A stretch of 63,001 nucleotides of DNA, filler included, from Basidiobolus ranarum (taxonomy: Eukaryota): assembly GCA_040143965.1 (NCBI GenBank). It is 4 parts of 4 records of this genome, joined end to end, with 100 filler letters (N's around TTAATTAATTAA, not from the genome) between each part and the next. Parts side by side here need not be neighbours in the genome. Positions count along the whole stretch, not along the records: positions 15,868 to 31,604 come from JASJQH010007245.1; positions 31,705 to 47,312 come from JASJQH010007247.1; 2 more parts are not named here. One strand, written 5' to 3'. The notes below the pieces were generated by a model, which saw only the letters and a program-made list of their open reading frames with translations, was not told the DNA's origin and made no database searches. Within the stretch, counting starts at the first letter, position 1, and the number at the start of each line of letters is the position of its first letter. Positions 29,604 to 41,383 of the stretch are shown piece after piece. Made by a program: the position numbers and the translations under genes.

Positions 29604-31376
29604 ATGTCTGCATCTACTCCTACTTCAAGTCATTTGGGTAGTCTCTCCTTACCTAGAACCCCTACCTCTAAACTAGGATTACCTTCGGTTTCTTCTGCTA
29701 GTCTTTCACCGTATAGTGGAGTTGGTAGACGTCACTCAATTTATGGTACAGAAGACAGAGTAGTGATCGATTTAGGCTCATTGTATGTCAAATGTGGCTT
29801 TAGTGGAGAATCTAAACCAAGACACATCTTACACGTACCTGGAGACTTGCGTTGCCATCGTAACGGTACAACATGTAGTGAAAGCTGTCGTCCTACTGGT
29901 GAAGTGAGTAAACTTTAGTTTAAAAAAAATAGCCTTATACTATTTATAAAGATTTCTTATCTTCTTTCTTACACCATATCCTTGATGGAACTTTTAGAGC
30001 TCAGAGTTGTATACACTGGACTTGAGACGTGGAGATACTACCATTCTTGAGGAAAAATTAATTCATTATCTTCACCAAATTTATTTCAAGTAAGCATATA
30101 TAGATACTTTCCTCATAACTCCTTACGAAAATACTCAACTTGATAATCTTCTTCGTTTTACTCCTTTAGACATTTATTAACTGACCCAAAGTTGAGAAAA
30201 GTGATTTTGTGCGAGTCACCCTTATTTCCGGTTCAATTGAAACAAATCATCGCCAAAGTTTTGTTTGAAAATCTTCAGGTAAGTTTATTGGTGTTTTAAT
30301 AGAGTATCCCTCATAATAAGAACCATTAGATATTAATTTCTTTTTTTAAAAAAACAATCCTTCTTCCGCGTAGGTTCCATCGATCTCTTTTGTTCCAACT
30401 CATTTACTTGCTTTATTAACTACTGGACAAACTACTGGACTCATTGTGGATTGTGGAAATATTGAGACTACTGTGTTACCGGTATACATTTAGCGTAATT
30501 TCTTTTATAGTTACTAGAAATGAATGTACTCAATTCATATATCACAGATCTTTGACGCAAGACCACTCTATCACTCTGTACAAACCACTCCACTCGCGGG
30601 AAAAGCGCTAACTAAACATTTACGTACATTGATTAACTCTTATTGCTATGTTACTCCACTTCATTCGCCGCTAGAACGACTCCCAGTTACTGAAGAGATC
30701 CTTACTCCTTCACTTTTAGAAGAGATAAAAACCCGACTTTTATTTGTTAGTCCAATTAAACCGATCAACGATTCCCCACAAGTAGGACATGATATTGCTG
30801 ATTTTGAGGAGCGCTATGCTCACTCCAGTCTAGCAGCAGATATCGAATATTGTATTCCAGGAACTGCCAAAGAACCAATGAAATTATTTGTACCTGGATG
30901 GGTACGTGAAAGAACAGCGGAATTGTTGTTTGAAGGAGATGAAGATGAAAGGAGCTTAGTATGGTGCATCTTGGACTGCTTGTTGAAACTTCAACCAGAT
31001 TTACGTGGCCCTTTGGCTACTTCTATATTGGTGATCGGTGGTACAAGTATGCTACCAAACTTTCAACCCCGTTTACATCAAGAAATCGTACGAGCATTGC
31101 AAGACCTGCCAAAATATAAGACCTTGGCCGGTTTATCAGATAGACTTCATTTCCTTGATGAAGAGAGTGGAAGTATTTTCCCCTCAAACACACGTGGCTG
31201 GATAGGAGGTAAATTTGAAATATCTGAGTTCTTGTAGCAAAATCCTATTTTAATGGATCCATTTTGATATGTCATTAGGTTCCCTCGTTGGCTCGCTCAA
31301 ATCTTCTGGACCAGAAATTACAAAGGATAAATTTGTAGGTCAAGTGCCTGATTGGTCTATTATGCATGCTGCTTGA
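29604..31376 (+). CDS. ARP10: Actin-related protein 10 (dynactin pointed-end Arp10/Arp11), multi-exon
   Basis: RRHSIYGTEDRVVIDLGSLYVKCGFSGESKPRHI, LLTDPKLRKVILCESPL, GLIVDCGNIETTVLP, VRERTAELLFEGDEDE, LVIGGTSMLP, WIGGSL, VPDW. Confidence 0.88.
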
Positions 31377-31726
31377 TATAATCATGCCCTAGTATCGCTC
31401 GTTTACCCACTGCTTTCCCTAATCTTACGTACACTAATACCTTGCTAAGCCACCCTTCCCCTCCAAAAAGACAGCTATACCCCCTCCTCTCTCGGAGAAG
31501 GGAAATCAGAAAAAGATCATAAACATCGGTTCTATCCTTGGATCAATAGCTTTGAATATCTCTATGCTACCTCAAATGGGCTATGCAGTAACCAAAACAG
31601 CTTTNNNNNNNNNNNNNNNNNNNNNNNNNNNNNNNNNNNNNNNNNNNNTTAATTAATTAANNNNNNNNNNNNNNNNNNNNNNNNNNNNNNNNNNNNNNNN
31701 NNNNGAAATGTAAACCCAAAATCAAG

Positions 31727-32278
31727 ATGGTAGATATCTGTTCACCAGGTAGAGATGATTCTAGTGATACATCTCAAGGAATTTGTTTAATCCAACGTTT
31801 TAACGATAAGAACGCCACTCTAAATCAAGCTTGCATCCTTGACAATTTAACCTTTTATAATATGAACAGAGACAATTGTATTATAGGCTCTTTCTGTTCT
31901 ATCGGAGATAATACGTGTGTTAGTACGTTTGCAAAGGGACAAAGTTGCACCGAGGACCGACAATGTGTTACAGGAGCGTGCAAAAAAGGGATCTGCTCTG
32001 AAGAATTAGAGTACAATCGAATCCCTTATTGGATCTATATTATCATTGGATGTGGTGCGGGGATTATACTTGTATCTTGCTTACTCTATATCTATCTTCG
32101 CAGACGTAAACGTATGCAACGTTACAAGAAGACTGTCTCTCAACATGAGAACGTTCTACGTGAGATGGTAATAAATCTACCAAATACTGAGCCAAATGAA
32201 CATCCGGATGAAAATTCCAATCATGCTACAACTAGCATCCCCCAGGCACCGCCACAGTTGCCACCACCAGAATTCTAA
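31727..32278 (+). CDS. Cys-rich ectodomain single-pass membrane protein (5' end possibly in scaffold gap)
   Basis: Cys-rich segment (CIIGSFC...GQSCTEDRQCVTGACKKGIC), TM helix YWIYIIIGCGAGIILVSCLLYIYL followed by RRRKR, and a Pro-rich tail (PPQLPPPEF). Confidence 0.7.
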   Translation: MVDICSPGRDDSSDTSQGICLIQRFNDKNATLNQACILDNLTFYNMNRDNCIIGSFCSIGDNTCVSTFAKGQSCTEDRQCVTGACKKGICSEELEYNRIPYWIYIIIGCGAGIILVSCLLYIYLRRRKRMQRYKKTVSQHENVLREMVINLPNTEPNEHPDENSNHATTSIPQAPPQLPPPEF

Positions 32279-33970
32279 TACGAACCACTAATACATGACA
32301 TTGGCATTAAAGTTAATAATTGGTCACATGAATTATCTAAGTTTTCAGCTGACTTCAAGTACCATTTATACATTCATTCGAATAACTTTTATGAAGTACA
32401 AATATCGATTTCATATATATAATTTATTGTTACAATATATACAGTATGGACATCATGTGATAGAGTGGTCAAGTGAAATATCTTGAAACCATAGGACAGT
32501 ATTTTCAACTTACAGGATCCTAGGAAGTATGCAAACAATCAGTTCGAGCAAACCAAGATAGGCCTATGAAAGTAGTGAGTTAATAAAAGATATCGAAGAA
32601 ATATTTTGAAGAGGGAATTGATTGTGGATCAGAAAAAATGGTGAAATTTGTCTCATTGGCATAGATGGTGCCTCTGAAGTAGCAAATATATTCAAAACAT
32701 CATGTACAGCTTAAACATACTGAAATATAAAACTCAAATTACCTTAGCAATTGGTGCCGATGACAGGAAGGATTGGCTGGCTTTGATGCGACTTGAGCGT
32801 TTATCGCATTGAACTTAGTGTCATCCATAAGGATGCAGTATTGCTCTAGACAGAAGCGGATAGATAAGTCGCCAGCGACAACTATGTGCAGAGACTGAGG
32901 GGTGACTAGACCTACTAGTCCATGAGGATGGAGGAGCCGAGGTAATGAGAAGTAAAGATACTATCAGCGTATTTATAACACAATGTTCCCTTCTGTTTTG
33001 GTGTTTTTTTTCAGCATACCCTGCTCATCAACAAATAGGCAACTGGTAAGTGATTTTAATTGGATAAAACTATACTGGGAATCCTAACCCCTATGACCCA
33101 ATTGAGGTAGTTTTTTCTCTTCACCCTAGTAATTCGTGTCCAATATACTCAGCGAAAAACTCAGGCCTTTACGTTTACGTGATTTTTTATGCCACTTCCA
33201 GGTGGAAGTTTCATCAGGGTTATTGGAGATATGCAATTCTTTTAAATTTTGGCAAGTGATTTCTTGCAATGAGAATATTACCATTATTGTCCAACGATTC
33301 AAGACCTCAAAGTTATCAAAAGTATCAGACATTTGCATCCAAGCCAGAATTACCTAAGAGTATAGCATCTGTTAACATTGTTACCAAAGCGAGAAAGAAC
33401 AACGAATAATAATTACACATACAACTGAGATCTTTCTGCGTTGAATACGACTCCACAAGATTCAATACAAGCAGAGAAACTATTGTCATAGGGCAGGTGG
33501 ATATTCTAGGGTTCAGATACGACCTAAGTCTATTTCAAACTTTGACCTGTTTGGTAGGTGTATTGTGTTATCGCTTTCTATATGCATCAACTTTCTACCG
33601 AAGTTTATTTCTAGATTTAATATTTTAGAACAGCACGTACGCCTTTTTGAAAAACATTCCAAGCAAGTACATACTATCCATGAATAAAATAATTGTATAG
33701 TCTAGGGATAAGAAATATCTTACATAAGATGAAAGTAATGATGGATTTGAAAGGAAGAAAGAGGTAACTGTTCGTCTGATACTCAATATGATTGGAGCAA
33801 AGAGAAGAGCTAGCAAGAAACTGCTAAGAAGCTTATATAAGCTTAAGTTACTTGGAAATACGTGGTAGAAGGGTATACTTCTCGCAGAGGCTGTGTATTC
33901 TAATGAAATGTGAATGTTTCCCATCGAAACCCTTCATTCTTATATAAGCTGCAGCAAAAACCAATATAGT

Positions 33971-35311
33971 TTAGCTGTCAATTTGGATAAAGTAAAAAGT
34001 TACACGATCAAATCCATGAGTCAAAGCACTATTTAGTTCCTTTTCTCCAGTCACTAAAAAAGCCCTTGAGTCACTTAGCCTGTAGATCAAGGTTCTGTTA
34101 TCCAGGTTATCAAACTGTTTGCCGCAAGTACGAAGCTTAAGTAAAATTCGACAGTGTAGATCCTCAAAGCTAATGGTGCGATGGATGCGTAAAATAACTA
34201 TCGTGTCTTCATCCAACACTACTTTGACTTTAAGGAATGTTATGGGCTCAACCTCTCTTCTAGCAGCAGCAGTGAGGGAATTCGTTGAAGTGGATTTACG
34301 AAGAGTGCGTGTCGAGCGACAGCTATTAATACGTGAGATTGTTCCTGCTCTACGAAGTGTGTTAGACCTTGATAAATTCACAGGTGAGTTAGAGCCTGAA
34401 AAAGGCGAGCCAGGTGTTGGAAGTGTTGGAAGTAAATCACGCACTTTTTGAGGTTCAATATAGTGCAAATTCCAAGGAGCAACGATCGCGGGACGATTCT
34501 CCGATTCTACAGGGTCCATATCTCTCTTCACGCGATTCCAGGGTGCATCACTGCCTTTCTGACTTAGCATGGCACTCTTTGAGCGGCGTAAATTTGGACG
34601 ACTAGTTTGAGTTAAATCAGAGGAAGTTACAGTACCACTTCTGGCTAATGGCTTGTACTTTTGCATCAAAGCAGGCTGCTGAAAAGAGGTTTTTTTACGT
34701 AATAGAGGCTGTTGCGCGGTTCTGGGCGAGGTTTGTATTTTAACAGCGGGGGAATTCGGACTTTTTGGTGGGATTTCTTTCGAAACTAACTCTTGGTCAG
34801 CTTTTTCGTCCAATTCTATAGCAGAATCAGTTTTGTAGTAGTCATCGTCATCGTAGAAATCAGGATATTCTGAACCTAAATGTTCACGAACATATTCAAC
34901 GTCGCTTCTCCATACGCCAAAAAATTCCAAGACTGCTGAAGAAGCAGCAACATAGATAGGATATTGAAATAAACTTTTGATATAAGTGTTTAACTTTCCA
35001 CGGATTTTGGCTCCAGACGGAACCAACAGTAAGAAAGTTCTCTGGGGTAATTGTAATTCAGGGATATCAATTTGTTGGCTAGCAAAGGTTTTATGTAATT
35101 TGGTAGATAATTGAACGAAATGATCTTGTGTTCGATAAATCGAGTACGGTTTTTTAGCGTCTCCTTCACGGTTAAAATCAGCGGGTATTACGGTTACTGT
35201 AAACCAGCGCTTCTTGTCAGAGCGCTTATCGAATGTACCCACATTTGCTGCGGATATAAGAGGAGCCAATTTGACCACTCCAGTGTCAATTTTTGTGACT
35301 GGTGCGGACAT
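33971..35311 (-). CDS. PX-domain and PB1-domain protein (Bem1/p40phox-like architecture without SH3)
   Basis: 446-aa intronless ORF. N-terminal PX-like WFTVTV...YSIYRTQDHFVQLSTKLHKTF...PELQ...LNTYIKSLF...SSAVLEFF. C-terminal PB1-like FLKVKVVLDEDTIVILRIHRTISFEDLHCRILLKL...VTGEKELNSAL. Ser/Arg-rich linker. Confidence 0.75.
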   Translation of the reverse strand: MSAPVTKIDTGVVKLAPLISAANVGTFDKRSDKKRWFTVTVIPADFNREGDAKKPYSIYRTQDHFVQLSTKLHKTFASQQIDIPELQLPQRTFLLLVPSGAKIRGKLNTYIKSLFQYPIYVAASSAVLEFFGVWRSDVEYVREHLGSEYPDFYDDDDYYKTDSAIELDEKADQELVSKEIPPKSPNSPAVKIQTSPRTAQQPLLRKKTSFQQPALMQKYKPLARSGTVTSSDLTQTSRPNLRRSKSAMLSQKGSDAPWNRVKRDMDPVESENRPAIVAPWNLHYIEPQKVRDLLPTLPTPGSPFSGSNSPVNLSRSNTLRRAGTISRINSCRSTRTLRKSTSTNSLTAAARREVEPITFLKVKVVLDEDTIVILRIHRTISFEDLHCRILLKLRTCGKQFDNLDNRTLIYRLSDSRAFLVTGEKELNSALTHGFDRVTFYFIQIDS

Positions 35312-37340
35312 TGAACAGTGCCAGCTGTATTGGAAGAATGGTTAGCAAGAGAAAACAATCGTCCTTTGAAGAACCAGAAATCTCGGGAGCGATTGAAAGG
35401 ATAGAAACGTTAATAAAAAATACAGAAGGAATCCTAGGGAGTCTTAAGTTATTATGTCAATAGGGAACAGCGACGAATACACCATCTTTAAATACGAGTG
35501 CAGCACTCTGACGACTTAAATGAAAAAACAACAATCGAATCTGCATTTTTTTGCTTTCTTCAAGTCCATTTTGTTCAGAATGCATTTACATTCGTTTGTA
35601 TATTATATTTTATTATCATCCTCTTTTTGGTTTCCTACTAGATGCATTCCATGCACGCTTCGAGAATAACTACTTGGCAAGTTTCAAGAGCACTTGTATG
35701 ATAGTGTTGTTTCAAACCTATAACAACCCCACAGACTATTTGAGCATGCGGGTACGGGTACCTGTATTCATACGACTACGACCTTGGAAGGGGCACAAGC
35801 TTAACGATGGCCCTTACGACCCGGGATCACATCAGTGCAATGCTGATGAGATCTGGGTAGCAAGCCAACTACTCAAGGTCAACTCTTTTGTTTCAAGCAA
35901 TTGGCGGATGCTAACACAGTATGACTTAGGGTTATCAAGCACTCACTGGACACTACTTGTTCAGTCTGCTCGCCTATTGTAGGCCACTTGGTGGATGTTT
36001 GTATTCCCCTGTAGGCAAACTACGCATTCGAACCTGAAGGCATTGGTACGTAACTCATTGTTTATTCAAAAGGGAACACATCCCAAGCTTAAGCCACTAA
36101 GTCTACTTCAGTACTCTGATTGCTTCTCTAAATTCCCCATATGGAGGAAGTGGCGGATAAAACATACTAATCATGCACGAACATGCTGAAGAGGAGCAAA
36201 TAATCAGAAACGTGTTTATCTTCGAAATTGCGAGCTTCTTCAAACAATCATTGAACAAGCATGTGTTACAGCTGCTTCAAATCATTAGGCAAGTGGAGTA
36301 AACAAATCCACCCAGTGGCATGTCCCAAATATTGAGGCTACAGTGACTAGTGAATATTTATTTGCTATCTGGACACCTCAATCACTGCGGTCAGGACTCA
36401 TTATCAGGTGCTCTACTTACACCCGCATTCTACTTTTCAGGGCTAACCTAGACGTACCCAGGGAGATGCTTTGTAGACATTCAACATTGCACTTGACGTT
36501 AGCATCCCTGTACAGGAAGGTTCACTCTTCACCATCCAAGATAACTGGATGCGAGTATAATGACAACAACTGGCTCATCTGGGAGCATATCTCGACGGCC
36601 TAGTGGTATACGGTAGAACTTGGGACGCAATAGATCAATCTGAGTAGCGTCTGCCTGAAACAAAATCCCCATCGCCTTGTATAATCTAAGCAATGGAAGT
36701 GGCCAATGCTGGCAGCAAGATTTAAGCTGATTTTTCTGAGCACTTCCTAATGTCCATTCCAATCCAAGGAAGTATTATCCAAGTGACGGTTATTAAATCC
36801 TGCTTGATGGGAACTAACGAATCGCCTTGCATCTTGGAATATTTCAACCAATCGGAAGGAACCTTGAATTTTAGAAAATCTGCACTAGAGCTTACATATA
36901 TTAAGTGTGATGGTTCAGCTACTTTGTGGGAAGTGGTGACGCTTCCATTCGCAGTAATTCTCCTAAACTGAATCTCCCAATGGTGTAATAGCCACATAGA
37001 GGATACGATCATTCCAAATCCAATTACAACGATGGCGGATCGTAGCCCACTAAAATATCGAGTTGATCGAAAAATACATGAATTCCATTTTATATTAATG
37101 ATTTGAATGATACCATTTGCATCGATAATGAACTTGAACTGAGTGATGCTCACCCAAATCTCACGTCTACCTGGCCGAATAAAAACTCGATTTCGATATA
37201 TTGTCTTCATTGCTATTCTCAACCAATAGGCTGCACTGGAATGGTGCCTCTTTGGAGATTTTGCAATCATATTTAAGAAGCTGATGTTTGTCACTACCGC
37301 ACGACTCTACAGTGGAATTAATTTTTGTCTAAAGTTCAAT

Positions 37341-38433
37341 ATGAAGTATCTTACTTCAAGCCTACCTTTATTCTTAGCATTCGGTGGTACAGCACTGGCT
37401 TTTAGTTGCGCTAAACTTTCACGACCTTCAACGGTATGTAAGCAGATAGATTACAATACAAACATAACCGATATAACTGCTGCGGACGATCAAGTAAGAG
37501 GTAAATTTATCGCGTTTTGTATCCATCTCTCAAATACTAAGAAATGTTGTTTCAGCCTTGGTAGATAAGATAAGTCGAGAGGGAGTAGGGGCTGCTGGTG
37601 CTGATTGTTTTCAAGCCTTACAAAAAGCTGCTTGTTATGTAACATTCAGAAAATGTAACCCTGAAACAAATACTTTCTTTCCAGTGTGTATGACAGTGAG
37701 AAATTCTGCTTTGAACATTTGTGAAACCTCAGGTTCTTTCACCGACTCTAATATTATTGAGGAAAATTTGGATTCTTCCTTGTTTCAACAACTTGCTGGA
37801 AAATGTTATCCTGACTATAGCAATGAGGCGCCTATTGTCGAGGGGGATGCCACTGTCAATCCTCCTAATATACCTAGTCCAGAGCTTGAGGATAAGACGC
37901 CGGTTGCTACCGAAAACCCATCTTTAGGTGATATCAGCGGTAGCCCGAAGCCTTCAGAAAGTAAAATCGAAAACCCTACTTCCTCTGACTCGGCTGGCGG
38001 TCCCAATAAGAATGCAACAGGGGCTTCTGATAAGGGTGCTGGTATCGAAGAAATATACAAACCACCTCAGGATTTAGCCTATTCCTTTTCCTCCTCCGTT
38101 CTTGCTACATTTGTGGCGTTGTGTGGAGTGGCAGTATTATGTAGTATTCCGGTTGGAGTAATATACTTACAGAGAAAACGTGGAAACTTGAGTGGAGGAT
38201 TATGGGATACTAATCCAGAGTACAAGCGCATAAACTTGGAAAATGACTCGGTCGACCTGCAATATGAATCCACTCTAGAACCACCAGAGCCTCACGTTGA
38301 AATGGAGAACTTTTTCATTGAGGCAAGTCATATGCAGAATATCACAATACTAATTTAAAGGATTAAATATTGATCATTAATCTTATAGGATGAGGAGTTT
38401 GGTGAATTTAGTGGTGGCCACGCCAGTGACTAG
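37341..38433 (+). CDS. Type I membrane protein with a Frizzled-like cysteine-rich ectodomain
   Basis: Signal peptide MKYLTSSLPLFLAFGGTALA, intron 37501-37555, Cys pattern C...VCKQIDY...DCFQALQKAACYVTFRKC...PVC...IC...KCY, Pro/Ser stalk, TM VLATFVALCGVAVLCSIPVGVIYL, acidic tail. Probable GC-AG intron 38323-38388. Confidence 0.72.
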
Positions 38434-39900
38434 TCGCTGATAGAGCATTCTTTGAACATATGTCTAGTCGTCTAGTTAAATAATCCTTTATATTTCTCTT
38501 AATGTTAAAATCCCCTTTTATTCCCTGTTTAGTATGTATGTTATTAAAGCCAGCCCCCTATCATAGTATATTGTGTGTAGTGTTTTTAAAGAGATTGAGC
38601 GGAAGTAGCTAGTTAATGTTTAGTAAACCGCTGCTTGAAGGAAGTACAAAAACAAATTCTATTTTATTCTATAAATGTATGTTTCTACTGTAGTACTGAC
38701 CGAGTTTGAAATTACTATTAGATATTGATATTTCTGAGATATAGTATGCAAAATATAATCAAGTTTTAAATGTGGTATACTTGTTTAAAGAATGAGAGTA
38801 AGCAAATATTACAGATATATGAATGGGTGATTTTTGTAGATGAATGGTCCCATGGATCATAGTACTGCTATAAAGGTATCAGTCAGCTAAATGATTGTCT
38901 TAACTAGAATAGACTCCACATGGTCAAACACAAAATCTATTATTTTGAATGCCAGAGCAAATAGGCCCTGATAGCTGAAGGGAATACCTAAGCATTTACA
39001 CCGAAAATCACAAATATTCGCAAACAATATCAAGCCACATGTATGGAATAGTCAGAATACTACGAACAGAGATCTACAATACTGTAAGTGAATCTACCCT
39101 TGCTTGATATCCACCTCTAAATTGCATTAAATTAGCAAACATCAACAGTTACTCAATCTTCATGAGTATGGAGCTCTTGGTAGTCAGTGGAGTTGTTGTG
39201 GAAGAGGAGCCACGTAAAGAACAGCAACTACATATGGGAGTATTGATGATCGATACTCTCGTCATATTGCAGTAGAAACAGTAAAAACTGCTCAATCTAA
39301 CCTATTTCCTGCTTTTCATACTCGCATCAACAGACGAAAGTCAGGCAACAAATACAATATTATCGGTCAGATACAACGTATGATCGATCATACGTAGCTT
39401 TATAAGAATAAAAACACGATCAATTTATATATATCCGGAGATTACAAACAGTTGGCAAACAAATTGGTAGTCATCCAAACAAACTGAGTGTTGATGCACC
39501 TAGGTGATCAGTGCTTTAGAGATCCTGCCAAGTAGATATATGAAAGGATCTATAGTTAAGTATTCAAATGAATCCTCAACGCTTGCCTCGTCACGGTGGT
39601 ACTATGCCAACGATAACGGTTTGAAATTCCTATTGAAACAGTTCCGTATATGTCAGAATAGGAACATTTCTTTCTCTAGAAATCGAATTATCTATCACTT
39701 TCCATACATAAAACTCCCTTTTCCAAACAAAGTCACATTGGAAAACGAGGATTTGTGAGCCATAAATACTAGAAGCTATCGTTGAAAGCCAAACAACCTT
39801 CTCTATTGAGAATTAAAACTAATCCATTAAAAACCAATAATTCTTTGTAATCAATAATAACACAATCTCTAAAACAAATTTCAACTTCTTTAACTTTCAT

Positions 39901-40431
39901 ATGTACAGTACACAAGATAGATCTGATCTGCTTCTCAGCTGCCCTCAACTGTTCGAAATTATACAAGAACTTCGAGTCGATCCAACTCAAACCAACCTCT
40001 ACGATACGTTGGAAAAATGTCTGTTGGAGAGCTTACCAACATTGATCATTACTCAAGAAGGGCGCAAGAAACACACGCTGGATTATAACGGAATATGGGC
40101 CAACTCCGAGGAGTTAAATTGGGTCATGTTCGATGTAATTCCTATCCGCCAAGTCTACCTCTCCAACAGGAAATGCTTCCAAAGACCGTATCTTTCGATA
40201 TTGATTAGTGGTGAAGATGAAAAAAGAATCCCTTTGAATATCAATAAGGACGGTGTACATAATATAGAAGAGAAAGATCAATGGAAACTAACTTATTATG
40301 TTGAAACTGCAGGAGTTGATGAGAAATGGGTGATCATCATGAGCTACATTTGTCATCTGGATTATTTAAATAATTTACCTGGGAAGGCAAACTGCTTCTC
40401 AAGGTTGAGAGAGAGGTTGACTTGCCATTAA
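39901..40431 (+). CDS. Hypothetical protein (possibly the 3' part of a larger decayed gene from about 39140)
   Basis: 176-aa ORF with globular-like composition and no motif recognised. Confidence 0.35.
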   Translation: MYSTQDRSDLLLSCPQLFEIIQELRVDPTQTNLYDTLEKCLLESLPTLIITQEGRKKHTLDYNGIWANSEELNWVMFDVIPIRQVYLSNRKCFQRPYLSILISGEDEKRIPLNINKDGVHNIEEKDQWKLTYYVETAGVDEKWVIIMSYICHLDYLNNLPGKANCFSRLRERLTCH

Positions 40432-40677
40432 AGACATGCCCTATCTGTAGTGCCTCGTTCCCACCCTTATGTTCTCAATGACCTCCAATCCTAGTCTCTG
40501 AACTGGTTATCCATTTCATGATACAAAAATGTCGGTTGAGGGTTCACTTTGAATTTCTTCGAATACAATATGTTGTGGATTTATTTGTTGATTCTTCTAA
40601 ATAATGTTATCGTCCGCTCCTATGTCTACTGAACATGTAGTATATATAAGAATTAATAATCTCAACCATATTTATCC

Positions 40678-41383
40678 TTATTGAGCAAACAATATTGCCA
40701 TAAGCATGGTTACTATAAATATCGGATAAGCCATTTCTCTAGGTGCCACAGAGTTTAACTTATTGATTGGAGAGGTTGTAGCACCCCCAACCTTAGTAGG
40801 CTGTTGGGGAGCAATAGATATCAAAGAAAGACTTTTGGATGGTGAGGCTTGGGCAGTGGGATTTGTCATGCTTGATGTAGTTGTTGGCATACCAGTAGAT
40901 GCTGATGCTTTGGAAGCACTTCTGTTAGCTGTTGGTTTAGGGTTTGTTGACTTGGTAGAAGCATTTCCGGAAGCACCGCCTTTTACATCGAAATAGTGGC
41001 TATACTGTACATTTCCATTGTCTCCAGCACGAACCGAGTATTGTTTACCTGGGGATAAATCATTTGGAACTCGCCAGGTAAATGATCCAGCTTTCGCGTC
41101 TACCCCTGACTTAATAATAGTAGCAACATTCATAGCTGTTGCTGGGCCAACCATTAACGCAATCTCAAGTTTATCTGGGTTAACATTAGTCCCTGGAATG
41201 GTTGTCCTGTAGAAATCAGTTAATAAAAGCACTGAATACAAGCGGGAATAACCAGAAATACCAAGTGATAACAATTTCTTTTCCAGGCTCCCATACGGTT
41301 CCTTCAACGGGACTAGTAATAGCAATATCTCCCATCACCAAAGAAGTCCAAGCGCACAATGCGAAAAAACTTAAGAAAAGCAT
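40678..41383 (-). CDS. Kre9/Knh1-like N-terminal domain, Ser/Thr-rich GPI-anchored cell-wall protein, 2 exons
   Basis: Signal MLFLSFFALCAWTSLVMG, then DIAITSPVEGTVWEPGKEIVITW, GSFTWRVPNDLSPGKQYSVR...QYSHYFDV, S/T-rich stalk and hydrophobic C-terminus. Confidence 0.85.

Noticed and set aside
35551-35982. 143-aa plus-strand ORF
   Set aside because: Non-ATG start, composition unlike real exons here, and located in the PX-PB1 promoter region.
36529-37294. 190-aa and 77-aa minus-strand ORFs upstream of the CRD gene
   Set aside because: No recognisable domain. The region overlaps the promoter of the plus-strand gene. It could be a decayed gene but is unsupported.
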